Source of the DNA: Gemmatimonadota bacterium
GTDB lineage: Bacteria > Gemmatimonadota > Gemmatimonadetes > Gemmatimonadales > GWC2-71-9
Reading direction: 5' to 3'
Assembly (NCBI GenBank): GCA_039588295.1
Contig: JBDHAB010000002.1
Span: forward strand, 32,001-96,000
Length of the DNA: 64,000 nt
Position 1 is the stretch's first letter. Each line of letters begins with the position of its first letter. Shown one piece after another: positions 28,743 to 38,529 of this stretch. The position numbers and the translations under genes are program-made. The notes beneath the pieces are model-generated. The model ran no database searches. It was not told where the DNA came from and saw only the letters and a list, made by a program, of their open reading frames with translations.

Positions 28743-28853
28743 GCTCGCGGGACAGGTGCGGCGACAGAAAACGAATTTGGAAGGCACATGGGGGGCAACC
28801 ACCGCGTCCGACCCGTGCCGCGACTGTGTCCTAATTTCTTGTAAGAATTGAAC

Positions 28854-29675
28854 TTACGTGCCCGTCATACGGGCCAGCACACCGCGAACCACCGTCTCGA
28901 GATTGGCCGCCAGCGCTCGCCCGGCTGCCAGCACTTCCTCGTGGGACAGCGGGGACTGCGACAGACCCGCCCCGGGATTGGTGATGCTGGAAATTCCGAG
29001 CACACGCAGGCCCCTGGCCCGCGCGGCGAGCACCTCGGGAACGGTCGACATGCCGACGGCATCCGCACCGAGGCGCTGCAGCATGCGGATCTCGGACGGT
29101 GTCTCGTAGTTGGGCCCCAACAATCCGGCGTACACTCCCTCCTCGAGGTGAATGCTGCGGGCCGTCGCCACCTGCCGGGTCACCTGCCGTAGCGCGCGGT
29201 CGTAGGGCTCCGACATGTCAGGGAAGCGCTGCTCTCCGTGCGCGACCGGACCCAGCAGCGGGGTCCGCCCCATGAGATTGAGGTGGTCAGCGATGAGCAT
29301 GAGAAGCGGTGGACGAAAGGTCGGTCGCAGTCCACCAGCCGCGTTGGTGACGATCAGGACCTCGACGCCAAGCTGGGCGAACACTCGAACCGGCAGTGCC
29401 ACGGTCTCGCTGGAGTGTCCCTCGTAGAGGTGGAATCGACCGCTTTGGAGGATGAGCGCGGCACCCTCCAACTCCCCCGCCACCAGCTCGCCCGCGTGGC
29501 CGTGCACCGACGGCAACGGAAATCCGGGAATCTCGTTGTAAGGGATGCGGACCGCCGCATCCACCGCGCTAGCCAACGCGCCCAACCCCGACCCCAACAC
29601 GACCGCCACCCGCGGCTCGAGTCCCGCCAGCCGATCGGATACCGACGCAGCCGCTCGTGCGACCTCACTCCCCAC
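28854..29675 (-). CDS. punA: Purine nucleoside phosphorylase (trimeric type)
   Basis: VLGSGLG, GHAG, GRFHLYEG, TNAAGG, GPNYETPSE, GADAVGMSTVPE. Confidence 0.95.
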   Translation of the reverse strand: MGSEVARAAASVSDRLAGLEPRVAVVLGSGLGALASAVDAAVRIPYNEIPGFPLPSVHGHAGELVAGELEGAALILQSGRFHLYEGHSSETVALPVRVFAQLGVEVLIVTNAAGGLRPTFRPPLLMLIADHLNLMGRTPLLGPVAHGEQRFPDMSEPYDRALRQVTRQVATARSIHLEEGVYAGLLGPNYETPSEIRMLQRLGADAVGMSTVPEVLAARARGLRVLGISSITNPGAGLSQSPLSHEEVLAAGRALAANLETVVRGVLARMTGT

Positions 29676-29685
29676 GTTGCACTCT

Positions 29686-29726
29686 CTCTTATCCCTTCTC
29701 CCTTATCCCTTCATCCCTTCATCCCT
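29686..29726. repeat. Degenerate CCCTT(C)AT hepta/octamer tandem repeat
   Basis: ctcttat-cccttct-cccttat-cccttcat-cccttcat-ccct between the nupC stop and the punA start. Confidence 0.8.
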
Positions 29727-31108
29727 CACACCAACATTCCGGCCAGACTCGCCGACATGAACGCCGCAAGGTTACCACCGATCATGGCGCGGAGACCCAG
29801 TCTGGAGAGGTCGCCACGGCGGACCGGGGCGATCCCACCGATGCCCCCGATCTGAATCGCAATCGACGAGAAATTCGCGAAGCCGAGCAAGGCATACGTT
29901 GCGATAATCGCTCCGCGAGGAGTCAAGCCGACTCCGCCCTCGAGTGTGCCGGCGAGTTGCAGATACGCCACGAATTCGTTGACGGCGGCTTTGACACCGA
30001 TCAGCGACCCCACGGTGCCCGCATCCGCCCATGGCACGCCCATGAGCCACGCCAGCGGCGCGAGCACCCACCCGAAGATTCGCTCGAGCGAAAGTTCCGC
30101 GACGCCCGCCAACCCGCCGGCCGCGCCGATGCCGTAGTCGATCAAGTGGATCAGCGCGATGAAGGCGAGCAGCATCGCCCCGACGTTGAGCGCGAGCTGG
30201 AGCCCTTGGGCGGCGCCGCCGGCCGCGGCATCGATGACGTTGGCCTCCGTCTTCTCGATCTGGAGCTTGACCCCGCCCTTGGTCACCGGCTCGCCGAGTT
30301 CCGGAACGAGGATCTTGGAGATGAGCAGCGCGGCCGGAGCGTTCATCACACTCGCGGTGAGGAGGTGTCCCGCGATGTCCGGGAAGTACGGCGAGAGCAT
30401 GCCCACGTAGGCGGCCATGACGCCACCCGCGATGGTCGCGAACCCGCCGACCATCACCGTGTTCAGCTCCGAGCCGGTCATGCGCTCGACGAACGGCTTG
30501 ATGAGGAGCGGCGATTCCGTCTGCCCCACGAAGATGTTACCCGCGACGGAGAGTGTTTCGGCGCCAGACGTCCCCATAGTCCGCTGCATCACCCACGCGA
30601 TCCCACGCACGATCCACTGCATGATGCCCAGGTAGTACAGCACCGACATGAGCGACGAGAAGAAGATGATGGTCGGAAGCACCAGGAACGCGAACGACGC
30701 TCCGGTATTCGCCCACAGCTCCACGGCCTCGAGCGGGGCGCTCTCCGGTGGCACCCGTGTCGCCATACCCACCGGCACGTTGTTGTAGACGAGGTTCCCG
30801 AAGATGAACGCGGCCCCGTCACGGGTGAAGCCGAGGAGCGTGATGAACACCCGGTTCGCACCCGTGAACAGCGCCTGCCCGACTCCGGTCTTCAACACCA
30901 GGAATCCGAAGGTCGCCTGGAGCGCGATCCCCATCCCAACCAACCGCCAGTTGACCTTCCTCCGGTTCGTCGAAATGAGCCACGCGATCAGGATCATCGT
31001 TCCCATGCCGACGATGCCCATCAGGCGTGCGAGGAACGGCGTATCGAGTCCCTCGCGAGCCTGCGCCAGTTGGTCGGCGGCGGTCTGCAAGACCCACAAC
31101 GCGCTCAT
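29726..31108 (-). CDS. nupC: NupC/CNT family concentrative nucleoside transporter
   Basis: FAFLVLPTIIFFSS, NIFVGQTESP, GFATIAG, NEFVAY, GFANFSSIAIQIGG. Confidence 0.95.
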   Translation of the reverse strand: MSALWVLQTAADQLAQAREGLDTPFLARLMGIVGMGTMILIAWLISTNRRKVNWRLVGMGIALQATFGFLVLKTGVGQALFTGANRVFITLLGFTRDGAAFIFGNLVYNNVPVGMATRVPPESAPLEAVELWANTGASFAFLVLPTIIFFSSLMSVLYYLGIMQWIVRGIAWVMQRTMGTSGAETLSVAGNIFVGQTESPLLIKPFVERMTGSELNTVMVGGFATIAGGVMAAYVGMLSPYFPDIAGHLLTASVMNAPAALLISKILVPELGEPVTKGGVKLQIEKTEANVIDAAAGGAAQGLQLALNVGAMLLAFIALIHLIDYGIGAAGGLAGVAELSLERIFGWVLAPLAWLMGVPWADAGTVGSLIGVKAAVNEFVAYLQLAGTLEGGVGLTPRGAIIATYALLGFANFSSIAIQIGGIGGIAPVRRGDLSRLGLRAMIGGNLAAFMSASLAGMLV

Positions 31109-32130
31109 GCGGCCTCCTTCAACTCACGCTCGATCCGCGCGACGAGTGCAGCCTTCTCGTTCTCAGGCAGGAACGCGCTCCGGAACGCGTTGAGGATTAC
31201 GCGTTCGAGCTCCGAGCGGCTGAGTCCGAGCTTACGGTGGGCCACCCAGTATTCCTCGCTCAGCGTCGTCCGATCCATCAGTCGGCTGTCCGTATTGAGT
31301 GTCACGATCCCACCCCGATCCAGATACCGCCGCGCGGGATGCTCGCCGACGTTCACCACGGTGTGGGTATGCACGTTGGACGTGAGACAGATCTCGAGCG
31401 GGATACCGGTCTCGATCACCTCTGCTTCGAGCTCGGGGTCCTCGAACAGCCTCGTCCCATGGCCGATCCGTTGCGCGCCGCAGATGTGCAATGCCTGGCG
31501 GATCGACTCCGGCCCATCGCCTTCTCCCGCGTGGCACGTACACGAGAGCCCGTGACCGCGCGCGTGCTCGAACGCCTTGGCGTGATCCACGGCGGGATGC
31601 CCACGCTCGGCCCCCGCCAGGTCGAACGCCACCACCCCGTCCTCCGCATAGTCGAGCGCCAACCGTGCCAGGTCGTGCGACACCGACGGCGGCAATGTCC
31701 GCAGCGCCGCGATGATTACCCGGACCATCGTCCCCGTTTCCGCCTCGGCGCGTCGAAATCCGGCGAGTGGCGCTTCCACCGCCTGGGCCAACGACAGCGC
31801 CGGCGTGTGCAGTGCCGGGCAGTAGCGGACCTCGACGTAGCGAATGTTGTCGGCGGCGGCGTCCACCACGAACTCGTACGCGATCCGTTCCATTGCCTGC
31901 GGGGTTTGCATCACCGAAATCGTGAACTTGTAGCGCTCGAGGTACTCCTCCAGGCTCTGTGCATTGCGCACGAACACCGCTTCCGCCAGACGCTCCGGCT
32001 CGTCGGCTGGAAGCTCGATTCCCTGCTCCCGGGCGATGTCGAGCATGGTCTGCGGGCGCAGGCAGCCGTCCATGTGCACATGGAGCTCCGCCTTGGGAAG
32101 ACGACGGATCAGGGCGCGCGTGAGCGTCAT
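31105..32130 (-). CDS. add: Adenosine deaminase
   Basis: LPKAELHVHMDG, YVEVRY, FDLAGAE, HAGE, RIGHG, EICLTSN, NTDSRLM. Confidence 0.93.
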   Translation of the reverse strand: MTLTRALIRRLPKAELHVHMDGCLRPQTMLDIAREQGIELPADEPERLAEAVFVRNAQSLEEYLERYKFTISVMQTPQAMERIAYEFVVDAAADNIRYVEVRYCPALHTPALSLAQAVEAPLAGFRRAEAETGTMVRVIIAALRTLPPSVSHDLARLALDYAEDGVVAFDLAGAERGHPAVDHAKAFEHARGHGLSCTCHAGEGDGPESIRQALHICGAQRIGHGTRLFEDPELEAEVIETGIPLEICLTSNVHTHTVVNVGEHPARRYLDRGGIVTLNTDSRLMDRTTLSEEYWVAHRKLGLSRSELERVILNAFRSAFLPENEKAALVARIERELKEAA

Positions 32131-32476
32131 AGGAGCGCTGCGGAATCGGCGGTCGCCAGCGGCGACGCCAGCACGAGGCGGTCGGAAGCGGCGTACGGGC
32201 GGTTCATGGAGTCCCGCAATCTGACGGGGTCTTCGGGGTTCCGCAATTGGCGAGGCCCGGTTCCGGCGTCCCACGCTCTCCCTGCTAGGTCCAGCGTGGG
32301 TCGGTTCGGGGTGACGACGATCGAGAGGGGCCACAAAGGAACATGAATCCTTTGATGCCCTCCTCATGCCATCGTCTGCGTCGTCGCTCAAGCGACGTGC
32401 TTGCCGCCGCTACTGGCCAGCCAACTGATGCGTCCATGCGCTCCCGGCGGAATCCGTCGTTGGGCGCTACCTGCTG

Positions 32477-33556
32477 CTAGAAGTGCAGATACGATTGCAC
32501 TTTTAGTGAAATCTCCGTGTCGCCGGTCGCCGGTGTCCAAATGTCGACGTTGACCGCGAGCTTATTGCGACCTGTGAAATACACGACCACGCCGGGCGTG
32601 AAGAGCCATCCGTCGTCATCACTCAGGTCGGTGTCGGGATCACCCCAGCTCACCCGGCCCACCGGCTCGACGTACGAGGCAAACGGATTCTCCGCGACGG
32701 ACACCTTGTACGTGACGATCCCCTGCGCCGTGAAGAAGTTGCTGGGCCCACTCGCCAACAAGTTTTGCCAGTTGTCCCCCGCAACAACACCCGCCTTTGC
32801 GTGCAGACCTTCGGAGTAGTTGCCGATCTCTACGTCGCCACCGAACGCGACGGCGTACTCGTCACCCTGCGCAGGATCGAAGTAGTCATGTACGCCCACG
32901 TTCGCCGCGACCTTCACATCGCTCGCGGCCGTAACCTGCACTCGGCCCGTGTAGGACTTCGTGCCGTTCTCGTCGGCCGTGTTCGCGCCGGTTCCGTTGG
33001 TCGCTGAGGCAGCATACGAGAACCGCCCCGATGGGTCCCGGCCGTCGACCTTGATCCCGATGTCGCGGTCGGCGAACTGCAGCTTCTCGGTGAACCGGCT
33101 GAACGAGCACACGCCGCCGGGCCCTGCACATGCGCTCACACCGCGGACGCCCCCGGCACGCTCGATCACGAGGATCTGAGTCGAGCTCGTGAGCTCGAAG
33201 ACGTCGAACGGACGCTTGAACTGACCGATCGTGGCCCGAAAGGTCGGACTGAAGTTGAGCCGTACGTATGCATCCTTGAGCGAAATCTCTCCTTCGCCGA
33301 AGTCCGGCTGGATCTTGCCGCTCACGAAGTCGTTGACCTTGATCTCCGCCGTGAGACGGGCGCGGCGAACGAGGTATTCGGACGACGGTTCGCCGGCCAC
33401 CGACGTGCTGTTGAACTGTGCATGGAGGCGGCCGGTCAAGGTGATCTCCATCGCTTTCGAGTGGATCTCCACCTGACCCGTCGCCGGACGGGCACTTGCC
33501 ATTACCATCAACACGCTCCCCCCCACAAGGACAGAGCGGCACACCACGCTTCGCAT
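32477..33556 (-). CDS. OprO/OprP-like outer-membrane porin
   Basis: Signal peptide; VRRARL, LKDAYV, IGQFKRPF, DRDIG; C-terminal Phe. Confidence 0.8.
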   Translation of the reverse strand: MRSVVCRSVLVGGSVLMVMASARPATGQVEIHSKAMEITLTGRLHAQFNSTSVAGEPSSEYLVRRARLTAEIKVNDFVSGKIQPDFGEGEISLKDAYVRLNFSPTFRATIGQFKRPFDVFELTSSTQILVIERAGGVRGVSACAGPGGVCSFSRFTEKLQFADRDIGIKVDGRDPSGRFSYAASATNGTGANTADENGTKSYTGRVQVTAASDVKVAANVGVHDYFDPAQGDEYAVAFGGDVEIGNYSEGLHAKAGVVAGDNWQNLLASGPSNFFTAQGIVTYKVSVAENPFASYVEPVGRVSWGDPDTDLSDDDGWLFTPGVVVYFTGRNKLAVNVDIWTPATGDTEISLKVQSYLHF

Positions 33557-33761
33557 TCGTCATCCCCCTAGGTGTTTTCGGTTGCCGTACGCCGTTGTCG
33601 CCTGAGCGAGGATCTTGGGACAGGTCATGACGGCTGAGTCGGCACCTTCGAGCTCGGCGGTGATCTGTAAACGTATCCGACGCTCGTGAAGCTACTAGGC
33701 CACGCGCTTCGGCTCGCTGGTCGAGACGGACGGACCGTTCGCGGTCGCGAGCACTACGCTG

Positions 33762-34547
33762 CTACTGCCAGCGATCGCCGCTGAAATCCCGGAATACGAC
33801 CCGTGGGCGGCGCAGGATTCGCCGGTGCGCCTCCACCAGCTCCTCCTGCGCAAACACCTTGATGAGCGCCGCGCCGGCGACAAACCCACCGAGATGGGCC
33901 ATGAACGCCACCCCGCCACCCGAGCCCCCACCGCCCACCATCGGCACACTCCCCAAGAGCTGCAGCAACCCCCAGTAGGCAAGCATGAAGTACGCGGGCA
34001 CCGCCACCGTCGTGACGAAGAAGCCCAAGAACACCAGGAGATGCACCCGGACCTTGGGATAGAGAATCAGATAGGCCCCCATGACGCCGCTGATGGCCCC
34101 GGACGCCCCGACCATGGGCACGGCGGAGCTGGGGCTCACCATCACCTGTGCCGCGGCTGCCAGGACGCCACAGACGACGTAGAAGAGGAGGAAGCGACCC
34201 CGTCCCATCGAGTCTTCCACGTTGTTTCCGAAGATCCACAGGAACCACATGTTGCCGATGAGATGGAGCCAGCCTCCGTGGAGAAACATCGAGCTCAGGA
34301 CCGTATGCCAGTTTCCCCCGGCGTCCAGCCGACAGCCCACCCCGGCACCGACAGGAATCGTCGTCCCCGAGGACACCCGACCCATGACCTCCCCGGGGAT
34401 GAGGCCCAGCTCGCACACCGACCGCGCCAACGATGCGGGCGCGCCGGCACCTTGCACGGCCACCCACACCAAACTCGTCACGACGATCAGCACGATCGTG
34501 ATGACCGGCGTGCGCAGGGTTGGATTGTCATCCTTATAGGGAAACAT
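33762..34547 (-). CDS. Rhomboid family intramembrane serine protease
   Basis: SMFLHGGWLHLIGNM, VGASGAISG, AHLGGFVAG. Confidence 0.95.
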   Translation of the reverse strand: MFPYKDDNPTLRTPVITIVLIVVTSLVWVAVQGAGAPASLARSVCELGLIPGEVMGRVSSGTTIPVGAGVGCRLDAGGNWHTVLSSMFLHGGWLHLIGNMWFLWIFGNNVEDSMGRGRFLLFYVVCGVLAAAAQVMVSPSSAVPMVGASGAISGVMGAYLILYPKVRVHLLVFLGFFVTTVAVPAYFMLAYWGLLQLLGSVPMVGGGGSGGGVAFMAHLGGFVAGAALIKVFAQEELVEAHRRILRRPRVVFRDFSGDRWQ

Positions 34548-34641
34548 CGCAATCCGTCACAGACTCTGTAACCTCAAACCCCACAACGACATACAAGATG
34601 ACACCGGCCGCCTATGCGTCTGCCGTTTTGGCGCATATCGC

Positions 34642-34656
34642 TGGTATGGGCCTTGC
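34642..34656 (+). promoter_or_regulatory. Candidate sigma54 (-24/-12) promoter of dnaK
   Basis: TGGTAT-GGGCC-TTGC (GG-N10-GC), 57 nt upstream of the dnaK ATG. Confidence 0.6.
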
Positions 34657-34713
34657 GCAAGCGACCATCGGCACGGCGTACGTATCTAAACTCCTACGAC
34701 GAGGAAAGGTCCG

Positions 34714-36633
34714 ATGGCTGAAAAGGTAATCGGGATCGACTTGGGCACCACAAATTCGGTGGTCGCGGTCATGGAGGGTGGTGACCCGGTCGTGATCCCC
34801 AACTCAGAAGGCGGTCGCACGACCCCGTCCGTCGTGGCGTTCACGAAGGACGGTGAGCGCCTCGTCGGGCAGGTCGCAAAGCGACAGGCCATCACCAACC
34901 CGAAGAACACGGTCTTTTCGATCAAGCGGTTCATGGGCCGGCGGATCGGCGAAGTCTCCAGCGAGATGAGAGAGGTCCCGTACAAGGTCGTCGCGGCCCA
35001 GAACGATCTCGCCGCTGTGGAGGTCCAGGACAAGCGCTACACGCCGCCTGAGATCTCCGCGATGATCCTGCAGAAGATGCGCCAGACCGCGGAGGACTAC
35101 CTCGGGCATTCGGTCCAGAAGGCCGTCGTGACGGTCCCGGCGTACTTCAACGACTCTCAACGCCAGGCCACCAAGGACGCCGGTAAGATCGCGGGTCTCG
35201 ACGTCTTGCGGATCATCAACGAGCCGACCGCCGCCGCACTGGCGTACGGCCTGGACAAGAAGCAGGAAGAGAAGATCGCGGTCTTCGACCTCGGTGGTGG
35301 AACGTACGACATCTCCGTTCTCGAGCTGGCCGAAGGCGTCTTCGAGGTGAAGGCCACCAATGGTGACACGCACCTTGGCGGGGACGACTTCGATCAGCGG
35401 GTGATCGAGTGGCTGGTCGAAGAGTTCAAGAAGGACCAAGGCATCGATCTCTCCAAAGACGCCATGGCGTTGCAGCGGCTCAAGGAGGCCGCGGAGAAAG
35501 CCAAGATGGAGCTGTCCAGCCGGGCGCAGACCGACATCAACCTGCCGTTCATCACGGCGGACCAGTCCGGTCCGAAGCATTTCAACCTGACACTGACCCG
35601 GGCCAAGTTCGAGCAGTTGGTGGACGATCTCTTCCAGCGGACCATCGCACCGATGCAGAAGGCGCTGGCGGATGCCAATCTGAAGCCCGGTGACATCGAC
35701 GAGGTCATCCTGGTTGGTGGCTCGACCCGAATTCCCAAGGTGCAGGACATCGTCAAGGACTTCTTTGGCAAGGACCCGCACAAGGGTGTGAACCCCGACG
35801 AGGTTGTCGGTATCGGCGCGGCCATTCAGGGTGGTGTGTTGGCGGGGGAGGTGAAGGACGTCCTCCTGCTCGACGTCACCCCGTTGTCGTTGGGGATCGA
35901 GACGCTGGGCGGCGTCACGACCGTTCTCATTCAGCGGAACACGACGATCCCGACGAAGAAGTCCGAGATCTTCTCGACGGCCGAGGACAACCAGACCACG
36001 GTCGAGATCCACGTGCTCCAGGGCGAGCGGCAGATGGCGATCGACAACCGCACGATCGGCCGCTTCCAGTTGACGGGCATCCCACCCGCGCCGCGTGGCA
36101 TTCCGCAGGTCGAGGTCACGTTCGACATCGACGCGAACGGCATCCTTCACGTGTCGGCCAAGGACAAGGCCACCGGGAAGGAGCAGAAGATCCGCATCGA
36201 AGCCTCGAGCGGACTGTCCGACTCCGAGATCGATCGGATGGTCGGAGACGCGGAGCAACATGCGTCCGACGACAAGGCACGCCGCGAGGAGATCGACAAC
36301 CGCAACCGGCTCGACTCGATGGTCTACCAGATCGAGAAGGAGTCGAAGGACTGGGTCGATCGGCTCGATCAGTCCAACAAAGACCGGCTCGACAGCGCGA
36401 TTGAGAAGGCAAAGCAGGCGCTGCGCTCCGGTGCCGCGGACGACATCAAGACGGCTCTCGAGGAACTGAATCAGGCGTACTCGGCCGCCGGTGCCTCGTT
36501 GTACCAGGCCGCACAGGCCCAGGAGCAGTCGGAGCCCACGGCCGAGGCGGCGGAAGGCGAAGCGGCATCCGCCGAGGGTCAGGAAGAGGTCGTTGAGGCC
36601 GACTACGAGATCGTCGACGACTCGAAATCGTAG
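34714..36633 (+). CDS. dnaK: Molecular chaperone DnaK
   Basis: [43 protein letters not shown]. Confidence 0.99.
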   Translation: MAEKVIGIDLGTTNSVVAVMEGGDPVVIPNSEGGRTTPSVVAFTKDGERLVGQVAKRQAITNPKNTVFSIKRFMGRRIGEVSSEMREVPYKVVAAQNDLAAVEVQDKRYTPPEISAMILQKMRQTAEDYLGHSVQKAVVTVPAYFNDSQRQATKDAGKIAGLDVLRIINEPTAAALAYGLDKKQEEKIAVFDLGGGTYDISVLELAEGVFEVKATNGDTHLGGDDFDQRVIEWLVEEFKKDQGIDLSKDAMALQRLKEAAEKAKMELSSRAQTDINLPFITADQSGPKHFNLTLTRAKFEQLVDDLFQRTIAPMQKALADANLKPGDIDEVILVGGSTRIPKVQDIVKDFFGKDPHKGVNPDEVVGIGAAIQGGVLAGEVKDVLLLDVTPLSLGIETLGGVTTVLIQRNTTIPTKKSEIFSTAEDNQTTVEIHVLQGERQMAIDNRTIGRFQLTGIPPAPRGIPQVEVTFDIDANGILHVSAKDKATGKEQKIRIEASSGLSDSEIDRMVGDAEQHASDDKARREEIDNRNRLDSMVYQIEKESKDWVDRLDQSNKDRLDSAIEKAKQALRSGAADDIKTALEELNQAYSAAGASLYQAAQAQEQSEPTAEAAEGEAASAEGQEEVVEADYEIVDDSKS

Positions 36634-36658
36634 CGGCGCGCATCAACGAGGCAGGCGA

Positions 36659-36696
36659 ACGGGGGGCGTGGAAACACGTGCCCCCGTCCGGGGTTA
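36659..36696 (+). promoter_or_regulatory. Hairpin after dnaK overlapping a candidate ECF-type promoter for degP
   Basis: ACGGGGG-GCGTG-GAAA-CACGT-G-CCCCCGT stem-loop; GGAAAC-N17-GTTA at 36670-36696. Confidence 0.45.
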
Positions 36697-36757
36697 CAGG
36701 TAAGGCAGCGGTTCAGTTCTCTGTGCAACAGATCGAAGACGAGGTAAAGAAAGCGAC

Positions 36758-38332
36758 ATGTCCCGTACCCGAGAGTGGGTCAAGTTCGGAACGCTGGTCG
36801 GCGTCACGCTCGCGCTCGCCGTCGCGTTCATTGTTGTCATCGATGTGCCCGAACGGTCGCTGGCCCAGCAGCCGGCGGCCCAGGTGTTGCGAACTCGGCC
36901 TGCACCCGTGCAGCCCGCACAGCCGGTCGTGGACCTGGGTGGCGCCTTTGTAGCGGTCGCCGAAGCCGTCAGGCCAGCGGTCGTGTACATCAGAGCCGAG
37001 CGTCGCGTCGAGGAACGTTCGTCGCGGCAGCGCCAGGAGGTGCCTTCGCCGTTCGACCGGTTCTTCGACTTTCCGAATCGCGAAGACATTCAGCCGCAAC
37101 CGCCGCGCGGGCAGGGCAGCGGTTTCATCATTTCGCCCGACGGCTACGTCATGACCAACAACCACGTCGTGGAGGGCTTCGACCGTTTGACGGTGCGGCT
37201 CTTCGATCGACGCGAGTTCACGGCCCGGGTGGTGGGCCGCGATCCGCTCACGGACATCGCCGTCATCAAGATCGACGCGGAAGATCTGCCTGCGATGGCG
37301 TTGGGTAACTCCGACGCGGTCCAGGTGGGTGAGTGGGTGCTCGCAATCGGCAGTCCGCTTGGCGAGGACTTCCCGTTCACCGTGACCGCCGGCATCGTGA
37401 GCGGGCGGGGTCGACGGCTGCAGCTCAACAGCTCCCCCTTGGCGATCTCGGACTTCATTCAGACCGACGCGGCCATCAACCCGGGCAACTCGGGCGGCCC
37501 GCTCGTCAACGCGAGCGGTCAGGTGATCGGCGTCAACTCGGCCATCGCGAGCCGCACCGGCGTGTACGCCGGATACAGCTTTGCGATTCCGATCAATCTC
37601 GCGCGGACCGTCGGTGAGCAGATCATCGAGGACGGGACGGTAACGCGTGCCGCGCTCGGTGTGGAGGTAAGAGACGCCGGGCCGGAGGACGCAGAGTACG
37701 TGGGACTGGATGAAGTGCGCGGCGTGGTGGTGAGCGGCATTCCAAACGACGACAGTCCGGCGAAGCGCGCCGGCATTGAGCCTGGTGACGTCATCATCGA
37801 AGTCGATGGAGAACGCGCGGACTACACCGCGCAATTACAGCAGATTGTGGGCTTCAAGCGGCCGGGCGATCAGGCCCGCGTCACGGTCATGCGGCGGGGT
37901 GCCGAGCGGCGCACGTTCACCGTGCGGCTCATGGCCGCCGGGAATGCCGAACAGCCACGTGTTGCACGAGCCGATCGCGACGACGCGCCCGAAGACGTCT
38001 CCTACGACGACAAACTCGGTCTCCGGCTGGAAGCGATGAGCGCACGTATGGTGCGTGACGCCCGCATCGATTCCGAGAGCCGCGGGCTCATCGTGACGGC
38101 CGTCGATCCGAACGGTCCGGCGCGGAACAGGATCTTCCCACCGGTCACCCAACGCGGCTGGCTCGATATCATCACGCATGTCAACGGGGAACGTGTGCAA
38201 ACGGAGGCCGAATTCGACGAGGCCGTGCGAACGGTGCAGCCGAATGAGGTCGTCTCCCTGCGGGTGTACTCCCTGCGCGGAGAGACCGGACAGTCGAGAA
38301 TCGTCCGACTCCGTGCAGGAGGCGAGCGCTAA
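36758..38332 (+). CDS. degP: HtrA/DegP (Do family) serine endopeptidase with two PDZ domains
   Basis: GSGFII, TNNHVV, DIAVIK, QTDAAINPGNSGGPL; N-terminal hydrophobic helix. Confidence 0.95.
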   Translation: MSRTREWVKFGTLVGVTLALAVAFIVVIDVPERSLAQQPAAQVLRTRPAPVQPAQPVVDLGGAFVAVAEAVRPAVVYIRAERRVEERSSRQRQEVPSPFDRFFDFPNREDIQPQPPRGQGSGFIISPDGYVMTNNHVVEGFDRLTVRLFDRREFTARVVGRDPLTDIAVIKIDAEDLPAMALGNSDAVQVGEWVLAIGSPLGEDFPFTVTAGIVSGRGRRLQLNSSPLAISDFIQTDAAINPGNSGGPLVNASGQVIGVNSAIASRTGVYAGYSFAIPINLARTVGEQIIEDGTVTRAALGVEVRDAGPEDAEYVGLDEVRGVVVSGIPNDDSPAKRAGIEPGDVIIEVDGERADYTAQLQQIVGFKRPGDQARVTVMRRGAERRTFTVRLMAAGNAEQPRVARADRDDAPEDVSYDDKLGLRLEAMSARMVRDARIDSESRGLIVTAVDPNGPARNRIFPPVTQRGWLDIITHVNGERVQTEAEFDEAVRTVQPNEVVSLRVYSLRGETGQSRIVRLRAGGER

Positions 38333-38423
38333 GCGCGTCGCCTCACCATAGCGACCGGAGCGCGAGCTCCGGCGTGTACATAGATGGAACGGGTGTGCTG
38401 GCCGACCGGCCGACGCACCCGTT

Positions 38424-38468
38424 CCCTTATCCCTTATCCCTTATCCCTTATCCCTTATCCCTTATCCC
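38424..38468. repeat. Perfect heptamer tandem repeat (CCCTTAT)x6
   Basis: Six exact copies at 38424-38465 plus CCC, intergenic. Confidence 0.97.
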
Positions 38469-38529
38469 AGTCTATCGCACAACGAGGTCCCACGCGATCT
38501 TTGGGGCGGGTACAGACGACACAACTCCG

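Noticed and set aside
32127..32336. 69-aa ORF whose stop overlaps the add start
   Set aside because: TTG start without a convincing RBS and no recognisable motifs; cannot be supported.
33617..33634. Pho-box-like GTCAT..GTCCC upstream of the porin
   Set aside because: Repeat spacing is 10 rather than 11 nt and the match is weak.
34804..36261. 485-aa ORF antisense to dnaK
   Set aside because: Long antisense ORFs opposite hsp70 genes are a known by-product of codon bias; no independent motifs or RBS.
38424..38468. Telomere-like repeat suggesting eukaryotic contamination
   Set aside because: The unit is GGGATAA, the array is short and embedded between bacterial genes, and degenerate copies occur elsewhere in the window.
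38374..38529. N-terminal extension (PYPLSLIPYPLSLIP) of ORF 38374-39042
   Set aside because: It is the translation of the heptamer repeat; the signal peptide begins at ATG 38530.
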